In this document: positions 28,695 through 38,146 of the stretch, piece by piece | How the letters are laid out: each line of letters begins with the position of its first letter | How positions within the stretch are numbered: the stretch's first letter is position 1 | Assembly: GCA_947501605.1 (NCBI GenBank) | Contig: CANMWZ010000014.1 | Coordinates: 38,521-102,520, forward strand | From: Planctomycetota bacterium | GTDB taxonomy: Bacteria; Planctomycetota; UBA1135; UBA2386 | Length of the DNA stretch: 64,000 nucleotides | Direction of reading: 5' to 3' | The notes under the pieces: generated by a model | What the model was told of the DNA's origin: nothing | The model's input: the letters and a program-made list of their open reading frames with translations, nothing else | The model's database searches: none | Translations under genes and position numbers: made by a program

Positions 28695-29603
28695 ATGAAG
28701 GCAATCGATCTCGAAAAGCTGCGCCGCTCAGGCTTCATCTCCGCCACGGCGCGCGAGCACGGCAAGAAGATGATCAAACCAGGTGTGCGCATCGAGGCGA
28801 TCGCGCGCGAGGTCGAGCAGATCATCCACGACATGGGCGGCAAACCGGCGTTCCCGGCGCAACTGTCGCGCAACAACATTGCCGCACACTATTGCTCGCC
28901 GCCTGACGACCCGACCACCGTCCAGCCCGACGACATCATCAAGCTCGACCTCGGCACGCAGGTCGATGGCTATGTCACCGACAACGCCGTGACGGTCGAT
29001 CTGCGCGACGGCGAGAACTCACTGATCGTCGCTGCGAGCCGGATGGCGCTCGACAACGCGATCTCCGTCATGGGCCCCGGCGCATCGATCACCGAGATCG
29101 GCCGGCAGATCGAATCGACCGTCAAGGCGCTCGGCTTCAATCCGATCTACAACCTGACCGGCCACGGCGTTGCTCGCTTCGTGATCCACTGCGCACCTTC
29201 GATCCCCAACTACCCGGACATGAAGGCCGGTCGCCTGCGCGCCAACATGACGATCGCGTGCGAGCCGTTCGTCTGCGACGGCAAGGGCTACATCGACATC
29301 AAGGGCGAGGCGGAGGTGTTCATGCTGCGACGCGACATCAAGCCGAAGGACAACGTGCCTCAGGACATCATCGCCGCGGTCTCCGTGACCGAAGGGCTGC
29401 CGTTCGCGCGACGCCAGCTGCTGGCCGTTCTGCGCGATGCGCGCAAGGTCGAGGACGCGATCAAGCTGCTGACCAAGAAGGCGCTGATCGACGAGTACCC
29501 GCCGCTGTGCGAGAAGCCCGGCGTGCGCGTCGCGCAGACGGAACACACGATCTTCATCAGCGAAACCGGAGCCGAGGTCATGACGCGACTGCCGGCGTCT
29601 TGA
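28695..29603 (+). CDS. map: Methionine aminopeptidase, type II (archaeal/eukaryotic-like)
   Basis: AAHY, KLDLG..VDGY..D, NLTGH and EPF, then an insertion with LPFARRQL, then YPPL.E...VAQTEHT. Confidence 0.88.
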   Translation: MKAIDLEKLRRSGFISATAREHGKKMIKPGVRIEAIAREVEQIIHDMGGKPAFPAQLSRNNIAAHYCSPPDDPTTVQPDDIIKLDLGTQVDGYVTDNAVTVDLRDGENSLIVAASRMALDNAISVMGPGASITEIGRQIESTVKALGFNPIYNLTGHGVARFVIHCAPSIPNYPDMKAGRLRANMTIACEPFVCDGKGYIDIKGEAEVFMLRRDIKPKDNVPQDIIAAVSVTEGLPFARRQLLAVLRDARKVEDAIKLLTKKALIDEYPPLCEKPGVRVAQTEHTIFISETGAEVMTRLPAS

Positions 29604-29612
29604 GCGAGTCCG

Positions 29613-30743
29613 ATGCGCATCGGACTCGATTCTCGTGAGGCCTTCCGTCCAGAACCGCGTGGCATCGGGCTCTACACAAGACACCTGATCCGCGAGTTCA
29701 CCGAGCTGTGCCCTCACAACGAGTTCCTGCTCTACCACCAGTTGCCGCCGCCCCCGGACCTCACCGTTCCGCCGTCGATGCGCGCAGTGCTCACCGATAT
29801 GCCTGGTGGTCGCTTTCACCTGTGGGAACGCCTGCAGATGCCGTGGCGCATGCGCCGCGACAAACTCGACGTCTACCACGGCACCTACAACACACTGCCG
29901 CCGCGATGGCGACCGTTTCGCTGCCCGCCAATGGTCGTCACGTTGCACGACGTGCTGGTGACCTACTGGCCTGACGATGGCACGGACCCGTTCGTCCGCT
30001 ACGCGCGACAGGTCACACAGCGCGTAGTGCGCGAGGCCTCGCTGATCCTCACCGTCAGCGAATGGTCGCGCAAAGACATCTGCGACCGCTTCGACTGCGA
30101 CCCAAGCAAAGTGCGCTTGTCGCTGAACGGACTCCACCCCGACTTTCTCGCCGGCCCCCCCGAGGGCGCAGCAGCCGCGGCGCGCGCGAAGTGGGCCGAG
30201 GGTCGCCCGTATCTCTATTCGCCCGGTGCGCCGCTCGAACGCAAGAACACCGGCCGCCTCATCGAGGCCTTCGCCCTGTTGCGTGAGCGGCGAAAGAGCT
30301 TGCCGTACCTGCTGGTGATCACCGGCCTTGGCAAGTCGGTCGATCGCTTCCGGGATCGCGCTGCCAGAGCTGGCTGCCTCGATCACGTGCGCTTCGTACC
30401 GTACGTGCCGCTGGCTGAGCTGATCGGGCTCTACGCCGGCGCCGATCTCGCGGTCTACCCGAGCCTGGTCGAAGGCTGGGGGATCCCCGTCACCGAAGCC
30501 CTGGTGCTCGGCACGCCGGTCGCGACCAGCAATACGTCGGCGATGCCCGAGGCCGGCGGCGAGCACGCGTCGTACTTCGACCCCAACTCGAAGGAAGCGA
30601 TCGCAACGGTGCTCGAACACGCAATCGACCGATTGGCCGATTGGCCGAAGGTCCGCGATGCCGCCATCGCGCGCGCGCGCCGACTGACGTGGCGCAGCAC
30701 GGCGGCAGGCGTGCTCGCGGCGTATCGAGAGCTGGCGCGATGA
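29613..30743 (+). CDS. Glycosyltransferase family 4
   Basis: GIGLY, TLHD, RKN and YPSLVEGWGIPVTEA motifs. Confidence 0.92.
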   Translation: MRIGLDSREAFRPEPRGIGLYTRHLIREFTELCPHNEFLLYHQLPPPPDLTVPPSMRAVLTDMPGGRFHLWERLQMPWRMRRDKLDVYHGTYNTLPPRWRPFRCPPMVVTLHDVLVTYWPDDGTDPFVRYARQVTQRVVREASLILTVSEWSRKDICDRFDCDPSKVRLSLNGLHPDFLAGPPEGAAAAARAKWAEGRPYLYSPGAPLERKNTGRLIEAFALLRERRKSLPYLLVITGLGKSVDRFRDRAARAGCLDHVRFVPYVPLAELIGLYAGADLAVYPSLVEGWGIPVTEALVLGTPVATSNTSAMPEAGGEHASYFDPNSKEAIATVLEHAIDRLADWPKVRDAAIARARRLTWRSTAAGVLAAYRELAR

Positions 30744-32149
30744 CCGAGTCCGCAGCCACCTTCGACCGGAGCAGCCGATCGGCGAAGCAGCTGTTCACCG
30801 TGTCGCTGGTGGCCCACGGGATCTTGCTCGCCTGCGCCCTCCGGCACCGGTTCTTCTGGGGCGGCGACATGGCGCCGTATCTGCATCTCGCCGAGACCGC
30901 AGGGCTCGTTGCGTTTGCGGTCGTCGGCGGTCTTGCCTACGTGCGCGCGCTGCGCCGTGCCCCCGAGCTGCCGGCGCAAACGTGGCTGCGCTTTGGCCTG
31001 CTGCTGACGGCGCTCGCGACACTCTCGCCTCACTTCCTCAGCAACGACCTGTGGGATTACCTCGCCCGCGGTCGCGTCGCGGTGCTCGGCCACGATCCGT
31101 ATCTCACGACGGTTGCTGCCCTGCGCTCCGACCCGGCGATGTCGGAGTTCGCTGCGCGCGCCAATTGGCCAGGATGGGTGATGCCCTACGGCCCAGTGGC
31201 AGCAGTCCTGCAGTGGCTGTGCGCCGTGCCGGATTCGCCGTGGCTCGGTGCCTACCTATGGAAAGGGCTCGCCGCCGCCGCCCACGTCGCGACCGCGCTC
31301 AGCCTCGCCGCCACCACGCGCTCACTGTCCAACGAGGCGAACGCGCGCCGCATGCTCGTGCTGTGGCTATGGAACCCATGGCTGCTGCTCGAGAGTGCAG
31401 GCTCCGGGCACAACGATGCCTTCGTCGCCCTCGGCCTCGCCGCCTGCGGCCACGCGATCGCACAGGCGCGGTTCGCCGTGGGCTCACTCGCCTACGGGGT
31501 TGCGATGTTGGTCAAGCACGGCAGTCCGACGCTGGCGCCGCTGCTGCTCGCCGCCGCCTTCCGCCAGCGGCGACTCGTGCCCTTCGCGATCGGCACCGGA
31601 CTGGTGGCGACGATCCTCGCCGTGGCTTGGCTCTTGTCGTGGAGCGCGCCATCTGGCCTCGATTGGATCACCGATCAGGCGAACGTCGCGCAGGGGTCGT
31701 TGTCGTCACTGCTCGCTGCGCATGTCGGCTCGGGCGCTGGCGTCGCGGCGACGTGGATCGGCACCGGCCTGCTCGTTGCCCTGTTGGTGCACGGCGCGAT
31801 CGCGCTGCGCGACGCGAGGTCGTTCGGTCGCCACGGCGCCCTGGCGACAATCGTGCTCGTGCTGTTCTGCGTGCCCAACTTCGCGCCCTGGTACCACCTC
31901 TGGTGGCTGCCATTGGTCGCCGTGGCCGACGCCCGCGCGCTCGATCGAGCGCTTGTCGTGCTCGCGTTCACGGGGCCCGTCAGCTACGCGGTGTTCACGG
32001 CGACGCACGCGTTCGGCCAAGCCCACGAAGCGTGGGCCTGGGCCGCTGCCGCGCTGCCGCCCGCAGCCATCGTGCTGGGCAGCGCACGAGAACTGCTCAG
32101 CAACCGCTGCGGCCCTTCGGATTCGGCGGCAACGCCTGCGCCTTCTTGA
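30740..32149 (+). CDS. GT-C polytopic glycosyltransferase (MptA/MptB-like)
   Basis: SNDLWDYLARG, GHDPY, PYGP, WNP...GHND and PWY motifs; many TM helices. Confidence 0.75.
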   Translation: MTESAATFDRSSRSAKQLFTVSLVAHGILLACALRHRFFWGGDMAPYLHLAETAGLVAFAVVGGLAYVRALRRAPELPAQTWLRFGLLLTALATLSPHFLSNDLWDYLARGRVAVLGHDPYLTTVAALRSDPAMSEFAARANWPGWVMPYGPVAAVLQWLCAVPDSPWLGAYLWKGLAAAAHVATALSLAATTRSLSNEANARRMLVLWLWNPWLLLESAGSGHNDAFVALGLAACGHAIAQARFAVGSLAYGVAMLVKHGSPTLAPLLLAAAFRQRRLVPFAIGTGLVATILAVAWLLSWSAPSGLDWITDQANVAQGSLSSLLAAHVGSGAGVAATWIGTGLLVALLVHGAIALRDARSFGRHGALATIVLVLFCVPNFAPWYHLWWLPLVAVADARALDRALVVLAFTGPVSYAVFTATHAFGQAHEAWAWAAAALPPAAIVLGSARELLSNRCGPSDSAATPAPS

Positions 32150-33209
32150 CTCCTCGCGCATCTGCGATGATGCGTTCCGCAAGGCGGTCGGCGGCGTCGC
32201 TCGGCGGGATCCGCTCTTCCTTGCTGATGGTCCACAGTTCCTTGAGGGCCTGCGGAATGCGCTCGATGCGGCTCAGCGCGACCTTCTCGTCGTAACCACC
32301 AGGGTTGAACTCGACGGAGACGTTGACGATGCCGCCGGCGTTGATCACGTAGTCCGGCGCATAGAGGATGTCGCGGTCGGCGAGCACCTTGCCATGGCGC
32401 GGCTCCAGCAGCAGGTTGTTGGCGGCCCCGGCGATGATCGGGCACTTGAGGCCGGGAATCGTCTGGTCGTTGATGACGGCGCCGAGGGCGCACGGCGCGA
32501 ACACGTCGCACGGCATCGTCATCACTTGCTTCTCGTCCACTGGCTTCACACCGATCTCCGACTGCAACTGGCCGAGGCGCTCGATGTTGCGGTCGGCGGC
32601 GAAGACGGTGGCGCCGGCTTCGATCAAGCGGCGAGCGAGCGCGGAGCCGACGGCGCCGATGCCCTGGATCACCACGGTTCGGCCCTTCGGATTGTCGTTG
32701 CCGAACTTCCAGCCCAGCGCGGCGCGAATGCCGAGGTAGACGCCGTAGGCAGTGTAGGGCGATGGGTTGCCGCTGCCGCCATCCTTGCGGGCGAGGCCGG
32801 TTACGTGCTTCGTCGCTCGGCGAATGACCTCAAGGTCTTCGATCGAGGTATTGACGTCCTCGGCCGTGATGTAGCGACCGCCGAGCGCATCGATGAACCG
32901 CCCCATTGCGAGGTAGAGGGCTTCGCTCTTGATCGTCTTCGGATCGCCGACGATCACCGCCTTGCCGCCGCCGAGGCCCGTGTGCGCCACGGCCGACTTG
33001 AAGCTCATGCCGCGGGACAGGCGCTTCACGTCGAACAAAGCGTCGTCATCCGACGCGTAGGGCCACATGCGCAAACCGCCGAGGGACGGACCCAGCGTCG
33101 TGTCATGCACAGCAATGAAGGCGCGTAGGCCGGACTTCGCGTCGGTGCCACGGACGACGCGTTCATAGCCGTCGACCTTGATGTCAGTAATCTGGAGGGA
33201 GTCGGTCAC
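32097..33209 (-). CDS. Leu/Phe/Val dehydrogenase
   Basis: GPSLGGLRM, GGGKAVI, TAEDV, QGIGAVG, GAANN and YAPDYVINAGG motifs. Confidence 0.92.
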   Translation of the reverse strand: MTDSLQITDIKVDGYERVVRGTDAKSGLRAFIAVHDTTLGPSLGGLRMWPYASDDDALFDVKRLSRGMSFKSAVAHTGLGGGKAVIVGDPKTIKSEALYLAMGRFIDALGGRYITAEDVNTSIEDLEVIRRATKHVTGLARKDGGSGNPSPYTAYGVYLGIRAALGWKFGNDNPKGRTVVIQGIGAVGSALARRLIEAGATVFAADRNIERLGQLQSEIGVKPVDEKQVMTMPCDVFAPCALGAVINDQTIPGLKCPIIAGAANNLLLEPRHGKVLADRDILYAPDYVINAGGIVNVSVEFNPGGYDEKVALSRIERIPQALKELWTISKEERIPPSDAADRLAERIIADARGVKKAQALPPNPKGRSGC

Positions 33210-33380
33210 GGCAATGCGGGGGTTCGGGGTCCGATTGAGGGCGAAGGATGATAGGCGTGGGGCTCGGACCGCGCCATCGTTGCGCCGGGGTTCCCGGCGC
33301 GCCTTTGGTCAATGCCCATCCGCCCTGGCGCACAAGGGGCGGCGCCATGGACAAACTGGCCCGACCTCGAGCCCGTTGGG

Positions 33381-34268
33381 CTACCGCCCAGCAACGGGTC
33401 GGAGGCGACTGCGCAGCCACAGGCGGAAGCCCTTCCAGGAGAGCGACAACCGATTGGCCTCGGCGATCAAGCGACGCGCCTCGGTCGCCCCGCCGTCGAC
33501 GCGACCCTCCAACAGGTCCCAGGCAAGGTCGAGTCGCACCCCGGCACGGCGGCGGCGGACCAGCGCGTGTTGACGATCGCCCGCGAGTCCCGCCAGTTCG
33601 ACCTTGTCCAAGATGCGCTCGACGCCGCGGAGGAATCGAGTGTTGGCCGAGAGCGAAACCCCATGGCGGCGGTAGCACGCCAGCGGTTCGGCCAAGTACG
33701 CGAGGGGCTGCTCGCGAGCGAGCCTTAGCCACAGATCGTAGTCCTCGGTCGCGATCAGCGTCGGGTCCTCATCAAACAGGCCGACGCGCACGAGTGCATC
33801 GCGGCGGGCGACCACCGTGCTGCAGATCACCGGGTTCGAGACCAGCAGGGTCTCGAAGTTCAGCGTCTCCGGCACGTCGCGACCCCGGTTCTTCGGCGCT
33901 CCCTCCACATCGCCATCGACCAGCCATGCGTCGCTGCAGATGGCATCGGCGCCGAGCTCGCGCAGTCGCCGCGTCTGCACTTCGAGCTTGGTGTTCGCAA
34001 ACCAGTCGTCAGCATCGAGGAACGCCACCAGTGGCGCACTCGATTCGCGGACGCCGCGGTTGCGCGCCGCGCCCGGACCGCGCTGCAACTGGCGGACGAC
34101 CTTTGCCCCCAGCTCGGCTGCGATCGTCGGCGTCGCGTCACTCGAACCATCGTCGACGACGACCACTTCGCGCGGGGGTTGCGTCTGCGCCCGCAGCGAC
34201 TTCAGGGCGGCCGGGAGCCACGGTGCGGCGTTGTAGGCCGGGATCACGACCGCCACCGCCTCGCTCAC
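33381..34268 (-). CDS. Glycosyltransferase family 2
   Basis: VVIPAYN, VVDDGSSD, ARNRG, FLDADD and EDYDLWLR motifs. Confidence 0.92.
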   Translation of the reverse strand: MSEAVAVVIPAYNAAPWLPAALKSLRAQTQPPREVVVVDDGSSDATPTIAAELGAKVVRQLQRGPGAARNRGVRESSAPLVAFLDADDWFANTKLEVQTRRLRELGADAICSDAWLVDGDVEGAPKNRGRDVPETLNFETLLVSNPVICSTVVARRDALVRVGLFDEDPTLIATEDYDLWLRLAREQPLAYLAEPLACYRRHGVSLSANTRFLRGVERILDKVELAGLAGDRQHALVRRRRAGVRLDLAWDLLEGRVDGGATEARRLIAEANRLSLSWKGFRLWLRSRLRPVAGR

Positions 34269-35791
34269 GCCGGTCTCCGCCGCAGCTTCGCGATCACGCC
34301 GCGGAAAATGTCGCCGATGTAGCGGAAGTCCGACAGGTGCACGACCAGACAGGTCCAGGAGGCGATGCCCGTGTTCCGCGAGTAGGCCCAGACGGTGTAG
34401 AGCGTCGAAGCAACGTAGGCGACGGTCGACGCCAGTGCGGCGCCCAGGGCCCCGTAGTACGGCATCCACAACACATCGAGCGTCAGCATCACGACCATGA
34501 CGATCGACTGCGCGATGACGCAGATCTGCAGCTTGTTGCGCGCCGCGAGGTCGGCCTGCAGCACCTTCGAAACCGTGAAGGCGACGGTCCCAGGGGTCAA
34601 TAGCACGAGCGAACGCCCGACTGGGTCGCTCCAAGTGTTGACCCACGGGTCGCCTTGCTTGCCCGCGAGCCAGGTAATCGTGCTCATCGTCGGGTCTATC
34701 AGCATCACGACGGCCAGCCCACCGAGCACGGACATCGCCAAACTCAAGCGCGACAGCACGGGCGTCAACTTCTTGGCCTCTTCGTGCGTCGAGCCGGCAA
34801 CCTTGCTGAAGAACAGGTCGCGCATCGCCTCGGGGAAGTGCCACACCAATTCAGCCCACGTCACAGCCATGCTGTAGAAGCCGACCTGAGCGAACACGAC
34901 CTCGTCGAGCAGCACCGGTTGCAGCACCATGCCGTCGCGCAGCACGGCCGGGACCGGGCTGACCGACGCAGTCCAGTTGTTGAGTGATTCCTGCAGCACA
35001 TCGCCGCTGCCGAAGATCGACGGCAGCATGTCGAGAGTCGGCACGTAGAGCGCGCCGAGCACCAGCAGGTCGATGCGATGATTGAGGTAGGTCAGCGTCG
35101 ACGTGAGATTGGCCTTCCAGCCGTAGCGAAGACCATCGCGCAAGAAGCCGCGATCGAGCCCGAAGCGGATGCGCACGACTTTGCGAACGAGCCACAGCAC
35201 GACGATTGTGACGATCGCACTCGAGACCAACCGCCCCCACGCGACCGCAAGCGGCACATCCCCATGGCCGACGTCGCCGCCGAGCAGGAAGAACACAGCG
35301 AAGAACGCCGGCAGGAACGCGATCGAAGTCGCGAGGTGGACTATGCCGTAGTCACGCACGCTGCCCTGCGCGAGCTGAACGGAATTGCCGTAGCTCGCGA
35401 TCAAGAGCATCGGCACCACCGCGCACCACGGAACGACCAGCCACGGACTGACGACCCAGCGCGGGTCGATCATCGGCAACACGTAGAGCGTGACGACCAG
35501 GGACAACAGCGACAGCGCGCCGCCCCACACCGTCGCCACGGTCAGCGTCGTCGAGAACGCTTGCTGGGCCGTGTAGCGTCCGCGCCGGATGAAGTAGACC
35601 AGCGACGTGGCGAGCCCGAGGTTCGCGACCGCCATCAACACGAACGGCAGCGACGCCACGATGCCCGACTTGCCGTGTTGGTCCGGCTGGTTGGCCGTCA
35701 ACAGGTAGAGCACGAGCCCGCCACCCTTGTCGACCACGACGACAAGCGCGTGGACCAGGAAGGTGAACACGACCCAGCGCCGGAAGTTCAT
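34265..35791 (-). CDS. Polysaccharide flippase (Wzx/MOP family)
   Basis: About 12-14 TM helices; NLGLATS, YLNHRIDLLVL, VGFYSMAV and YGALGAALAS motifs. Confidence 0.85.
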   Translation of the reverse strand: MNFRRWVVFTFLVHALVVVVDKGGGLVLYLLTANQPDQHGKSGIVASLPFVLMAVANLGLATSLVYFIRRGRYTAQQAFSTTLTVATVWGGALSLLSLVVTLYVLPMIDPRWVVSPWLVVPWCAVVPMLLIASYGNSVQLAQGSVRDYGIVHLATSIAFLPAFFAVFFLLGGDVGHGDVPLAVAWGRLVSSAIVTIVVLWLVRKVVRIRFGLDRGFLRDGLRYGWKANLTSTLTYLNHRIDLLVLGALYVPTLDMLPSIFGSGDVLQESLNNWTASVSPVPAVLRDGMVLQPVLLDEVVFAQVGFYSMAVTWAELVWHFPEAMRDLFFSKVAGSTHEEAKKLTPVLSRLSLAMSVLGGLAVVMLIDPTMSTITWLAGKQGDPWVNTWSDPVGRSLVLLTPGTVAFTVSKVLQADLAARNKLQICVIAQSIVMVVMLTLDVLWMPYYGALGAALASTVAYVASTLYTVWAYSRNTGIASWTCLVVHLSDFRYIGDIFRGVIAKLRRRPA

Positions 35792-35880
35792 CGACCCCTC
35801 GGGCGGCTGGTGGCGAACTGGTTCACGAGGGGTACGGGGGGAGGGCGCAGCGCCGCGAACGGCGCGGGACGATCAGCGTG

Positions 35881-36753
35881 TCACCAGGGCATTTCGGACG
35901 CTGCGAAGTCCTCGGCAATCCGCGGCAACAGCGCTTCGACCTGGGCAGGTTCGAGACCCACTTGATCGTAGACCGTCGGCGCAATCAAAGGACCCACAGT
36001 TCCCGAAGTCGACGGCTTGCCCGCCTGCCAAGCGAGAGAATCGGCCAGATGGATGAGCGACGACAGCGACCGATGGAACGGGTCTCGTGCTGGCGCGTGA
36101 TGGTAGCGAATCGCGATCGCAAGGTCCTCGGGCAGTGACCACTTGATCGCGAGCACGGAACCGACGTCTGCGTGCGTGAAGCCGAAGTCCTCGAGCTCGA
36201 CGTCGAACTGCTGACGACCGCTCTGACCGGCCTTTCGCAGGCAGGCGAGGTACTTCGGACCCGCGCGTTCGAGCAGGATGATCTTGCCGATGTCGTGCAG
36301 CAGGCCGGCGATGTAGAGGTCCTCGGCGTTGCTGTCGGCAAACATCGTCGACTGTTGCCCCAGGGTGCGGGCGGCGACGCCGGTGTAGATGGCATGCTGC
36401 CAGAAAGCGAGCGGATCGAACTGCTGCAGCTTCTCGCGCTTCTTGCCGAACGCACTGAACACGGCCGCCTTCAAGGCGACCTTCTTGGTCATGTTGAAGC
36501 CAAGCACCGACACGGCCAGCTTGATCGACGACACCCGCACTGGCAGTCCGTAGTAGGCGGAGTTGACGATGCGCAACATGTTGGCCGCAACGGCGGGGTC
36601 CTTCGACACCACAGCCGCGACGGTCTCCGCCGACGAATTGGGACCGGCGGTGACCTCGTTGATCTTGGTCAGCACCTCCGGCATCGTCGGGAGTCCGATC
36701 GTCGTGTTGACGAGACTGAGGATGTTGGTCTGCTGACCGGCCGAGGTGGTCAT
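35881..36753 (-). CDS. HDOD domain protein
   Basis: LPTMP, DPAVAANMLRIVNSAYYG, FWQH, AGLLHDIGK and W.LP...AIRYHH motifs. Confidence 0.92.
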   Translation of the reverse strand: MTTSAGQQTNILSLVNTTIGLPTMPEVLTKINEVTAGPNSSAETVAAVVSKDPAVAANMLRIVNSAYYGLPVRVSSIKLAVSVLGFNMTKKVALKAAVFSAFGKKREKLQQFDPLAFWQHAIYTGVAARTLGQQSTMFADSNAEDLYIAGLLHDIGKIILLERAGPKYLACLRKAGQSGRQQFDVELEDFGFTHADVGSVLAIKWSLPEDLAIAIRYHHAPARDPFHRSLSSLIHLADSLAWQAGKPSTSGTVGPLIAPTVYDQVGLEPAQVEALLPRIAEDFAASEMPW

Positions 36754-36874
36754 GGTCTAAGATGCTCTCCGTTCGCCCCTATCGATCTCGCTGCATCACG
36801 GGCTTGAGATGGGATTGCGCAGATGGCGATGACGATCTGCCGACCGCCAGAAGGCACCGCCCACAGACCGCGCC

Positions 36875-38122
36875 ATGGACATCCTCTTTCTCTGCCACCG
36901 CGTGCCCTATCCGCCCGACCGGGGCGACCGCATCACGACCTGGCACTTCCTGCAGCACATGCTCGCGGAAGGGCACTCGGTCCGACTCGGCTGCTTTCGC
37001 GAAGAGGAGCGCGACGCCGCGGCCGTGACGTTTCTGCGCAGCAAGGGTGCGGAGGTCGAGGCGCCAATGCTGTCGCGTGGTTGGCGCAAGATGTGGAGCT
37101 TGCGCGGCCTGCTCACCGGCGAAGCGTTGACCATCCCGTTCTTCGCCCACGGCGAACTGCGCGCTGCCGTCGATCGCTGGTGCGCGGCCAAGCCGCCGGA
37201 CCTCATCTACGTCTATTCGTCGTCGATGGCGCAGTATGTGCTCGGTCGCAAGGGCTGCCCCAAGGCCATGCACTTTGCCGAACTCGACAGCGACAAGTGG
37301 CTCCAATACGCGACGAAGAGCGGCTGGCTCGGGCGATGGATCTATGGGCGCGAGGCGAAGAAGCTGCTCGCGTTCGAGGACGCAGTCGCGCGCGATTTCG
37401 ACCTATCGATCGTTGTCAGCGAGGTCGAGCGCGAGTTGTTCACGCGCCGCATCCCCGGCGTGAACCCCGAAGTCCTGCCTAACGGCGTCGACGTCGACCA
37501 CTTCCGCAGCAGCGGCGACTCCGAGCGGCACCCTCACACGTTGGTCTTCACCGGCGTGATGGACTACGAGCCCAATGTCGATGGCGTGCAGTGGTTCGCC
37601 GACGAGTGCTGGCCGCAGTTGAAGGCCTCTCACCCCGACGCGCGGTTCCTCATCGTCGGCTCGCGACCCAATGCCGCCGTGAAGGCGCTGGCACAACGCG
37701 CCGGCATCGAAGTCACCGGCCGGGTAGAGACCACTCCGCCGTACTTCGACCGCGCCGCCGTCGCGATCGCGCCGCTGCGACTCGCACGCGGCGTGCAAAA
37801 CAAAGTACTCGAAGCGATGAGCATGGGCATGCCCGTGGTGTCGACCCCAGAAGCAGCGCAGGGGCTCGGCGACGTGCCCGCGGGCACCCTGAGCATCCAC
37901 AGCCAACCTCCCGCCATGGTCGCGGCGATCCGCGAATTGTTCGACTCGCCAGTGCGCGCGCGCGCAGAGGGGCGCGCCGCTGCGGAATGGGTGCGCGACC
38001 ACTTCCGCTGGCAGAACATGTACGAGCGCCTCGACACGATGCTGTTGCGCCTCGGGCTGCCAGCGAGACCGCAACACGCGCCAGCTGGCCGCGCAGGTGA
38101 TCCAACCGCGTCGCGCAGGTGA
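36875..38122 (+). CDS. GT4 sugar transferase of the TIGR03087 (PEP-CTERM/exosortase-associated) type
   Basis: HRVPYPPDRGDRI, DSDKW.QY, FTGVMDYEPNVD and ARGVQNKVLEAM motifs. Confidence 0.88.
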   Translation: MDILFLCHRVPYPPDRGDRITTWHFLQHMLAEGHSVRLGCFREEERDAAAVTFLRSKGAEVEAPMLSRGWRKMWSLRGLLTGEALTIPFFAHGELRAAVDRWCAAKPPDLIYVYSSSMAQYVLGRKGCPKAMHFAELDSDKWLQYATKSGWLGRWIYGREAKKLLAFEDAVARDFDLSIVVSEVERELFTRRIPGVNPEVLPNGVDVDHFRSSGDSERHPHTLVFTGVMDYEPNVDGVQWFADECWPQLKASHPDARFLIVGSRPNAAVKALAQRAGIEVTGRVETTPPYFDRAAVAIAPLRLARGVQNKVLEAMSMGMPVVSTPEAAQGLGDVPAGTLSIHSQPPAMVAAIRELFDSPVRARAEGRAAAEWVRDHFRWQNMYERLDTMLLRLGLPARPQHAPAGRAGDPTASRR

Positions 38123-38146
38123 TCCAGCCGCGCCGCGCCCCTGCAC

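Noticed and set aside
32097..32149. 53-bp convergent overlap of the GT-C and dehydrogenase genes
   Set aside because: Short tail-to-tail overlaps are common in GC-rich genomes, and both tails are low-complexity.
31248..33128. 626-aa plus-strand ORF
   Set aside because: Overlaps the GT-C gene out of frame and the dehydrogenase antisense; no motifs.
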